A stretch of 64,000 nt of DNA from Camelus ferus (lineage: Eukaryota), in NCBI RefSeq assembly GCF_009834535.1, contig NC_045697.1, forward strand, positions 59,274,001-59,338,000. Reading direction: 5' to 3'. Numbering within the stretch: the first letter of the stretch is position 1; each line of letters begins with the position of its first letter. Below, piece after piece: positions 54,444 to 64,000 of the stretch. Made by a program: the position numbers and the translations under genes. Under the pieces are notes generated by a model. That model had not been told where the DNA came from. It made no database searches and was given only the letters and a program-made list of their open reading frames with translations.

Positions 54444-55823
54444 GACTGTTGAACTTAATAAGTTAAACAGGCTCTGTTGAGTCCCCCACCCCGATGTGTA
54501 GATCCCTTCGCACCTCCTAAGTCAGGTTAAGTGACTATAGTAAGGGAAAAACGTTTATAATATCTACACATTTTCTCTTAAAATGTTCACTTTGTTTTGT
54601 AATCATTTGTGCTACGTTTTAGAATGTATTTATTAAAAACTGGATAAATGTGTCCTCTTTACTGTCCTGAATGAAGTATGCCATCCCCAACCCAGTCTCT
54701 GCCCTTGGAAAGAAATGAAAGGAATTTGAAAAAACTCTCTCGCCACACGCCCAACCTTGAACAGTGCTGGTGCTTAGTAGGTCCACATATATTTTGCAAA
54801 ATGAATGAATGTATGAATAAAATAAAACATTATTATTTAGGGTATCAATAGTTAGAATTTTTTTACCTTGTTTTATTTAATTATGAAGCATCTCTTTGAC
54901 GTGGCTGATGGCTGAAAATGAGTTCGGCTTCTTTTTATGTTATTCTTCAAATTTGACTCAATGCTACACAGTTTCCCAGGAAGCCATCTTTGTGGAGGAG
55001 CCAGTAAAGCTGACTACCAGATCTCTTCTTTCTGTAGGTAGGAATAAGACGTTTTGGGGATTGATGTAGGAATTAGTGCTATAGTGCTTCAGGAAGACAA
55101 ACGAGTTGCAAGACCTATGCTAGGAACTGTTGGTCATTCATCAAGACTCAGGTTTCTATGATTTAAACAATTTCTTGCCTTCTTTTTCCTTTTTTCTCTA
55201 ATTCCTGATATTTTATACATACCTCAGTTATTCCATGTTCATTTTGTATGAACTCAAACTTACCAATATTTATTGAATGCCTGCATTGTATTACATGTTA
55301 TGTTAGATCTACTAGGATTAGCATACAAACAAAAATATAATATCACCCATCCTTCCAAAAATTTGTAGTTTAGTTGTGGAAATAGATGGCAAACTAGAAT
55401 GTCAGTATTTTTGGTGAAATACAGCCATAGAGATATCTATTCGCTGCAGTAAAAAGACAAAACATTGCATTTAATTTAGAGAGACATTCAGGGCCAGAAG
55501 GATATATTATTAACTTTGTACACCTAGAAACAATGAATAGACTCTCAATTAATATGCAATACATTGATTAGTAAATAAATGCAGCATTATTATTATTAGT
55601 AGTAATATATAATTAAAGTATATTTTTGATTGATGTAAACACATGACATATTTTTAAGAAAAATTTTAAAATTTAAAATGAGTATAATTCTATACTGAAA
55701 TCTAACTTTATCCTATACATTCTGTTTTCTTAAACCGAAGTTCTTTTGTGCACAGCATGTTAAAACCCAACAGTGCTTCTAAACTGAAGGTAAATTAGGA
55801 AGTTTGCTTTCATTCTTTGGCAG

Positions 55824-55910
55824 TGATGGAAATACAGTGTTTCCATATCTTCGAAAATCGGTCCCTTCTGTGCTACCATGGCTACCTTCAGTTTATATTT
55901 AACTGTGAAG
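55824..55910 (+). other. Candidate 87-nt exon
   Basis: tttgctttcattctttggcag|TGATGG...TGTGAAG|gtaatg. The phase-1 frame is open. Product not recognised. Confidence 0.3.
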
Positions 55911-56779
55911 GTAATGCTGGAAGTGATTCCCTGGATTTTCCAATGGGTAGGCTCAAATCTAATTCCAGATAGACTGAGAATAAATCTTTCCCCACTTGTA
56001 CAAAAAATGTTTCTGCCTGTTAGGTACATACTTGACTCACCCTTAACTCATAAACTTATGCATGTTCCCGACACATCACACCAGCCTCCTACAGCTTTTC
56101 TTCCCACAAACACACTATGAACTCCACATGGCGCAACACCCACCACTTCTCAGGCCAGCAGGATCACTATAATATATTTTCACAAAGATATGCAAGAAAG
56201 AACACACACAGCTCTCCCACACAGCACGGAACAATCATGCAGAATGAAGCACAATCTATTCTGGTTTCATATCCCTGTTTTCCAAAGGTGAGTAGGCAGA
56301 TACAAAAATGATGCTGCTGTAATAATCTTTATCTTCATAAAAGGTTTTTTAAAAATACTCAGCAAATACATTCCTAGGGTTATTGAATCTCTAAAACCTA
56401 ACTCTTAGTTGACAGAGACCAATTCACCCAGCGGTATAGGGGAAAAAAAAAAAAAAAAACGAGGTCTTTTGGGGATAAATTCTTCTTCTTTACTATCAGT
56501 CTCCTCCTTATATAGGCACCCAATCTAGATGGCCAAGAAAAGCCTTCTCTTGCATTTCAAATGCCAGTAAGGGTTATTATTGCCAGCATTTTAATTGCTA
56601 TTAAAAACAAAAGAGAACCAAGACAATAAGTTGGGGCACATCCAAGTCAGAATGCTTCACAGATACCAGAAACAAGAAGGTAATTGTTAACATGTGGGAA
56701 GGTGTCCTTTAGGCATTCAGGTATTTACAGGCTACCTCAGTTCCAGCATTGATATTTCATGTCTGCTCTACAGCAGTAA

Positions 56780-57080
56780 ATGAAGAGCTTGGAGACCTGG
56801 ATTCTCATCACAGATGTGCTGCTTTATGTTTGTGTCACCATGGATAAATCATCATATTTTTTTAAAGTCAGTTGTCTCCTAAGTAAAACTAGGTATCCAG
56901 ATTTATATGAGGGTGTGGGGAGGGATAAAAGTAATTGAACATCTACTATTATCAGCTTATGTAATCTTCAAAATGACCTTAGTGTTGGACCTTTTCTTTA
57001 CCCCTGTTACTTACTTACTAGGAAATGGAGCCCAGAAAGCAGGGCCCCATGTGTAATGTCCTCAAACTGGTAAATGGTGT
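56780..57080. mobile_element. Two MIR fragments in opposite orientation
   Basis: 'agacctggattctc...tgtgtcaccatggataaatc' (+) and 'ggaaatggagcccagaaag' (-). Confidence 0.5.
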
Positions 57081-57199
57081 AAACAAAAGCTCATCTATTA
57101 TTAAAAACTACCTGGAATTATTATTCTCTGACAAGATAGTATTTTAATTGTAAGTGACATACATCAAATTTTTAGGAGATAGTTCAATATTTAAGGAAA

Positions 57200-57989
57200 A
57201 CTGTTATTACTGATAACTTTTGTCCTTATAAAAGCATTGTATGTTACAAGGGAAATAATCTTTTATATTTGAATTTTTGACTTAATTTTTGAAAGCTATG
57301 TTAAATTATGGAGCAGTGGACATTTCTGTACATGCATAATTTGCACATATTTCTGGTTTTCTTTAAGGAGAATGTCTAGTTAAAGGATATGAACTTTTTG
57401 AATCTCTTTATTCAACTAAAATTTATTTTCTAAAAAGAAGTTATAAACAATTACACTTTCACCTGAGTATATGATTGTGTCTATCTCCAGCACCTATTCT
57501 AGCAATACAAATTATTATTCCTGGGATCCTACTTGTTTGATTAGTGAAAAAAGAATGCTGTTTATTTTTTGTTTTAATTTATAATTATTTAATTCTATTG
57601 AAGGTGAATATCTGGTTTTATATAGGTTTTTACATTTGCCAACCTAATCTGTCTGGGATTTATTTTGTTGTCTGAGGTGAGGCTAGGATCTATTTGGAAC
57701 TTTCTCCTAATTTCTAGGCTAATTTTCATTATTATTTGTTTCTCAGCTTCATCTCTTTATTGACTTGTGTTACCTTATTTATAATATGTTACTTTTTTCA
57801 TTATTAATACAGAGGATGTTTTTGGAGGGTATATAGCCCTTTAATATTTTTGCCATAATAGCACTCTGTTTTTGTAATTGTAACTTTAAAATATATTTTA
57901 ATAGCTTATGGTAGATTTCTCTTACTTTATTAATATTTTCCAAACTAATTTTTGTTATCCTCACTTTATTCTTTTAGATGTATTTTAGG

Positions 57990-58027
<38 letters not shown>

Positions 58028-58180
58028 ACATAGACCCTTTTAAAGAAAAACTCTTGTGTTTCCTTTATAAGTGTAATATATTATTTAATAAATCTGATGG
58101 GGATTGACATCTTCACAATATTTAATCTTATCATTCAGGAACATGATATATGTCAGATATTCCAGTCTTTTTAAAACTTT
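57200..58180 (-). mobile_element. Old L1M fragment with internal (CA)n at ~57992-58030
   Basis: 'gattgacatcttcacaatatttaatcttatcattcaggaacatg' is an L1 ORF2 antisense motif. Confidence 0.65.
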
Positions 58181-58483
58181 TGCTTGTTGGAAGTTATGAG
58201 CAACAAGTGCTATGGTAAGTGGAAACATCAAGAAGGAGGGTAGAATCAAGGTCATAGGAAGGAGGACAGCCAGAAGGTAGCTGAGTCAATTAAACGGAAG
58301 AGCAGCGGAGAAAAGGCTAGTGGATTCTTGTTTCTGGTGGATAACAACACAGTGAGAACTCTGGAGTGCCTTTAATCATCTACACCAGCCCAGTTTCAAA
58401 TAATGTCTGTCTGCAATTTCAGTAGTATCCTAAAAGGTGTCCCAGGCTTTTGGAAGCCTGGCTATGGAGCTGTTCTTGTATTC

Positions 58484-59069
58484 TTTTTTTTTTAAAGACT
58501 GAAAATATATATATTTAAAGGTAACACAAGCTGTCCTTGAAAGCAATTTAGTTAAGATCATTGACTGGCAGGAAAAAGCACACGATGGAAGTTAGGAACA
58601 GAGGACCAGGGGCAGCCCGTCCCCACCCCGAGGGGCAGCGGCCCAGGCACACGCCCGCAGAGGAGAGGGCCAGCGGGCGGCAGGCTGTCAGAATCCGGGA
58701 CTAGAAGTAGGACAGCTCGTCGTGCCTGGCTTTGTTGGTCTGGTAGCTGGCCAAGGCTGGGGGCTTGTTTTCGTGTGGGAGGCTCTCAAATACTCGAAGG
58801 TGCACGAACTCCTCATCGTCAACCTGAACCTTGATGAAGAAGTTCCTGCCGGCGACCACCTGGCTCTTGAACTCCACAGCCTTAAACAGGGAGAACTTCT
58901 TATTCTCCTTCTCCTCCAGCTGTGCCTTCACCTGGTCGGCGATGGCCTGGATCTCGGCCGTGGCCGGCTGCGTGGCGGAGGGACGCACCGCACATCATCT
59001 CGGCAGCGGTCACTGGGCGGCGGTCCCGAAACAGCAGCGGGCACGTAGGAGCGGCGGACACTCGCCTGC
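58484..59069 (-). pseudogene. CSTB: Processed pseudogene (retrocopy) of cystatin B / stefin B; CDS remnant 58998..58701
   Basis: Intronless. ATG ATG TGC GGT GCG [T] CCC TCC GCC ACG... gives MMCGA, a +1 shift, then [10 protein letters not shown]...QVVAG...ELSYF-TAG (298 nt versus 297 nt). 5' and 3' UTRs present, T10 at 58484-58493, TSD TGTATTCTT at 58477-58485 and 59070-59078. Confidence 0.96.
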
Positions 59070-60171
59070 TGTATTCTTATATTACAATTTATTTTTTAAA
59101 TTAATGCCTATCCTTTGAGGTAGCCTCTTCAAGTGGTTTTTTTCCCCTGTAATATGAAAAAGTGTAACAGATAATCATTACTTATTATTTTACTACACTA
59201 CTGAATTTGTCTTGCTAATGTTTTCTTTTAAAATTGTGCCTTATATTCATAAGTGAGATTTTATGAGTATCACAGTGGACTTGGCCACCAATTCCTTGAT
59301 TTGGGCACCTCGGCACTCCATAAGCATTGAGAGTGATTTTTACATAAAAGAATGACACACCTAACTTTATGGTTGATGACCACTTGGAATATGTGTGTTT
59401 TCCCTCCAGCATCTACATTTCAAACCAACTCCCTTTCTTAAGTGAAAGTCATGTGATTGTCTCTGATCCTGACTGATCTGGCCTGGGGCACGGGCATGTC
59501 ACTGTCTAGTCATACTGGTCATGCTCAGATTGTCCAGGTTTAGGTTTCATTGTCCACTCCTGGAACTAAAGATGGAACCAGCTTTATTCAAAGCACATAG
59601 ACTGAGAGTGGAAGAGGTATGGTTGCTCTGAGAAAAATCAGAAGTCGAGGAAGTGGGCCATAAAATATTGAATGTCCAGTGTAACCTTGCAAGCCATTTT
59701 GAAGAGACTGTACTTTCTCTTGAGAGCATCAAGTTGCCACCAAAGATTTTTTATGGTGTGGACTGACATACTTATATTTGTATTTTAATATATTCAGGTG
59801 TCAGGACTAATTTCAAAATTTTAAACTGTTGTTTTCTGTGAGTTTCTCTGCCCCTTAGCACTCATGGAATTCTTTTACCTGCACCTGGAGGGCCTTTTCT
59901 CTTGCCAGATCACTCTGGTTAGTATGACTCACAGATTCTGAAAGCACAAACAGAGACTAGGACTTAAAAGAAGATTCTGGCCAAGATTTCAGACAGAAAG
60001 ATTTAGATGCACATTAGCAGAGCAAGTTTTTCCACTTCTAGAAACTAGATAAGATTCAGACTTACAAAGGAGGAAAAAGCCATTACAACTGAAAATGAGG
60101 GGATGACATTTAATCCTGGAACAGGGGTGGAGCAGGGCATGGTGGATTAGTAAAAAAATTTTCTTTTAGAG

Positions 60172-60335
60172 AGTAATTTCTCAAACTGTAATGTACATAT
60201 GTATCATCTGAAACATTGTTAAAATGCTTATTTTAATTTAGTAGGATTGGGATGAAGCCTGAGACTATGCATTTCTTCCAAGATACCAAGAGATGAAATT
60301 GCTAGTAATCTATGAACACCATTTTGAGTAGTAAG
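60172..60335. mobile_element. MER5A-like MITE
   Basis: 'tttctcaaactgtaatgtacat...gcctgagactatgcatttct...cattttgagtagtaag'. Confidence 0.75.
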
Positions 60336-60689
60336 GATATAAAGTACTAGGCAGTTATGTAGAATTTGACTCAGTGTCCAACTCTCCTTCTTTTAACTGT
60401 CCATGCAATATTAAAATCTGCAGTGCTCAGCTCACTGGCCATCAAGTCAGAATGACTTTTGCCTCACAGCTTTTGCTTTCCCTCAACTCCATCATCTCGT
60501 TACTTGTGAAGAACCCAGAAACAGGTGGCCCTAACGATTTTATTTGAGCTCTCTATTATGATAGAAAGTAGAGATTTAGACAATTTGGTGGTGGTGGCAA
60601 AGGACAGCCTTTTTTCATGTCCATTATAGGACTAGATGTCGTCAGTTTGAAATTTCCCTCTCAACTGGGGTAACAGTAAATATATAAGC

Positions 60690-61375
60690 CTTTTATTGAT
60701 TTAGCTCCATACGGGTGATGGATTAGAGCAGGAGGCAAGACAGGAAAAAAAGACACAGGTTGCTGTAATATTCTAGAGGAGAAATGATAATGTTCTAAAT
60801 TGAGATTGAGACAGGCAGTTGAGATAGAAAAATGAGATCTACTTGGAAAGATATGTCTGTGGAATTGATGGAATTTAGCCCTTGACTTAACATGGGCCAT
60901 AGAGAGGAGGAAGGAATAATTTTGAATAATATCCAGGCTTAGAATTTGGGAAACTAGATTTTAATATTGTTTATTGAGTTAGAAAACATTGGAGAAGGAG
61001 CAGGAAGAGCTGTTTGAGCTAAATATTCAGGAAAATATCTATGCTGAGTGAATTTTGTTTGGAGACTTGAAGAGAGAGTGGGAATTACGCAGACAGAGAA
61101 ACGGAGTTGGTGACGTTGGAGATGATGTTTCCCAGCAGAATGAATGACAAGTGCAAAGGTGTAGGGATATGAAATGTCATACATGGCTCACTGTGCAGCT
61201 GGGGATGGGCATGTGTGGGGCAGGGAGTCAAGAGTAAAGTGAGCTGTGAAAAGTAGGTAGAGGTAAAATGTCAGGTTTTTGAATGCTAAATAAAGATTTA
61301 GAAATTGTTTCTGAAAATTAAGGGAAGCCATTCAGGAATCTGAGCAGATGAATGACATAATCTAATATAAAATTT
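60690..61375 (-). mobile_element. L2 LINE fragments
   Basis: 'ggaggcaagacagg...aggttgctgtaatattctag' and 'gggaagccattcaggaat...gacataatct'. Confidence 0.7.
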
Positions 61376-61899
61376 AGGAAAAGAGGAAGGGAAACATCAT
61401 TTTATCAATGCATTTTTATGTAACAGGGTTTATGTTAGTTATCTTCCATGGAAGAGAATGGCATTGGGCTCCTAAAAAACTGATGATGAATTGCTGCGAG
61501 TCCAAGCATGAGAGGTGGAGCTCCATTCATAGGACACAGGGAAGCTTTTCTTTAAGAAATGCACCCTGTGTTAGTATTCATTTTCATAGTTAACGTGATT
61601 ATATTACCTCTTAATACAATGACCTGGCCACCCTGCACACCCCCACTGTAGTTACTTTTTCTAGGTGGTGGGTACAAAGTCTTCCATGTGTTTGTCTCTA
61701 ATACACTCTAAAACTTTTAGAAAATCTATAATGCTCCTATTGATACATTTATCCATATAAAGTTAAATAATTTTTTTCTTGGAGACATCTCTCCTATAGG
61801 TCTTTACCTATAAAATACAGACTTCTCTCCAGGCTGAAATATAGATGCTGTTTTTGAGACTTCCTTTTACCTTAATTTTGTGAAATCCCTTTTCTCTGG

Positions 61900-62500
61900 T
61901 GTTGAATTGCCCAGTTCCTAGATATCATCTCTTCCTGTTTTGGTTTTACTCCCACATTCTAGTGAAGTACACTCCCTAGTAGGTTCCTGACAAATGATGC
62001 ATAGGAGATAAAACTTTCTGGTATTTGTATGCCCGAAATGTTTTTATTCTATTCTTCTAATGACTGATATGTCAGGTGGAAATAGGATTTTATATTGCAA
62101 ATATTTTCCCCAGGAAGATTAGAGATACTGATACATTGTCCTCTGTCTCTAGTATCTCTGTTGATATGTTCTATACCATTCTGATAGCACATATTTCATG
62201 TGACATTGTTTTTATTTTTAATTACTGGAATTGCTTATGATGGTTTATGTAGTGCCAGAATTTACACAGTACTATGATTTATTGAGAGTATATTTTCACT
62301 TATTTAACTGGGCAATGGATCCTTTTAATTTGGAAACATTTTTTCTTCATTCAGAGAAATGTTATTTCCTTTCTAAATTTATTCTTTAATTCTTAGAAAT
62401 TTTAATGTTTAAATGTTGGAGCTCCTGGACTGTGCTTCTAATTTTTGTAGTTTTTTTTTTTCTCATTTAATATCTACTTTTTCCTTTTGTCACACTTCCT
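61900..62500 (-). mobile_element. Old L1M ORF1-region fragment (antisense)
   Basis: T-rich; 'gaaatgttttattcta' and 'atgttggagctcctggact' motifs. Confidence 0.55.
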
Positions 62501-62547
62501 TTACCACCTTTAAAAAATAGCCCCCATGATATTATCTACCTCCTTTC

Positions 62548-64000
62548 ATTTCCTAAATTTGCTGAAAACAATAATCTACACATCCAAGAAGCATAACTAG
62601 CTCCAAGTAAAATAAATACAAAGACAATCACACCCAGATACATCATGGTCAAAATGTTGAAAGCCAGAAATCTTTGAATGCAGTAAGGGGAAAAATAACT
62701 CATTTCATACAACATACAAGAAAAGCCCAGTAAAATTAACAGCTAAATTCTCTTCAGAAAGAATAGAGGCCAGAAGGTAGTGGGGCAACATATTCAAATT
62801 GATGAAAGTAAAAAACAAAACAAAACAAAACAAAACTGTCAACCAAGAATCTTATATTCAGCAAAACTATCTTTCAAAAATTAAGGTAAAATAAAGGCAT
62901 TCTCAGATAGACAAAAGCAGAGAATCTGTTGCTAGAAATCCCACTTTATGAAAATACTATAGAAAGTACTTAAGGCTGAAAGCAGGTGACACCAGACAGT
63001 AATTCAAATCCACGCACACACCCAAAGAGTATCAGTAAAGGCAATTATGTGGGTAATTATAAATAACAGTATAATTGCATTTTTATTCTTCTTTCTTTTT
63101 TTAACTAATTAAAAGATACTTGCATAACTATATATATATAATTATATTGTAGGGCTTTTAACATACAGAAATGTAATGTATTTGATAAAAACAGCAAAAA
63201 GGAGGTGGGTGGGAACAAAGCTTTATTTGAGTAAAGAAATGATATCAGATGTTAGCTTGAATTCATAGGAAAAAAATGAAGAGAATCAAAAATGATAAGT
63301 AAGATTAATATAACAATCTCTATAAATACATTATTTTCTCTCTTATCTTTAAAAGACATATAAAATGTAATAATTATAACAATGGATTGTAGGGTTTGTA
63401 ACATATGTAAATATAATAGAATAATAAAAAGAGAACAAAAATGGGGGAGAATGCAGCTATATATGAGTAAAGTTTTTATATTTCATTGGAATTAAGTTAA
63501 TATAAATCTCAGTTTGGAAGTTAAGAAATATATGGTAAGCCCTAGAGCAATTACTTAAAAATAATTTCAAAATATCATTAAAAATTATTAAAGGAATTAA
63601 AGTGTTACCAGAAAGTATTCCTTTACCACAAGAGAAGGCAATAAAGGAGGAAATAAAAATGATGTGATGCATGTAAAATGACAGATGTAAATCTAACTAT
63701 ATTCATAACATTAAACATAAATGAATTAAGTAATCAAATCAAAAGTCAGACATTATCAAATTGAATTAAAAAATAAACAGGACCCAACAATATGCTGTCT
63801 ACAGAAGACATTTTAGATTTAAAGACACAAATAGGTTGAAAATAAAAGGATGGAAAAGATGTATCACGTAAACAGAAACCTTAAGGATAAAGACTTAAAA
63901 CAAATAGACAAAACAAATAAAACAAAAAGACTTAAGTAAATTGACTTATAGAAGTCCACAGAATGTTTGAGCAAAGACTACTTTTCCCTAAGGAACCAAA
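62548..64000 (+). mobile_element. Old L1M (ORF1 end to ORF2 endonuclease start), degraded
   Basis: 'gtcaaccaagaatcttatattcagcaaaactatctttcaaa' (ORF1 C-terminus) and 'gacccaacaatatgctgtctacagaagac' (ORF2 EN). Confidence 0.85.

Noticed and set aside
55826..55846. Iron-responsive element (CAGTGT in a hairpin)
   Set aside because: No 5-bp upper stem closing the CAGUGN loop and no bulged C at the required position.
58701..58988. 95-aa cystatin ORF as an intact CDS
   Set aside because: It begins at a GTG created by the frameshift. The true ATG at 58998 is out of frame, and the poly(A) and TSD show a retrocopy.
58722..59118. Three plus-strand ORFs of 60-108 aa
   Set aside because: Antisense shadows of the GC-rich CSTB coding sequence.

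Overview
AT-rich, repeat-dense mammalian DNA that looks intronic or intergenic. It is most likely from a camelid, judged from a tRNA-Ala-derived SINE with a camelid-type tail at ~26.8 kb. No intact protein-coding gene can be supported. Two processed pseudogenes lie on the minus strand. One is a young, CpG-rich cystatin B (CSTB) retrocopy with poly(A), a 9-bp target-site duplication and a single +1 frameshift after codon 5. The other is an older RPL39 retrocopy, absent from the ORF track, inserted in a MaLR LTR. The rest is L1, L2, MIR, MaLR/ERVL LTRs, hAT DNA transposons and simple repeats. Unique segments contain a strong candidate 27-nt microexon with a YCAY cluster (minus strand), a candidate 87-nt exon inside competing inverted repeats (plus strand) and several enhancer/promoter-like motif clusters. 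Repeat family names come from recalled consensus similarity and boundaries of old repeats are approximate. I found no evidence for a new multi-gene system and could not identify a host gene.
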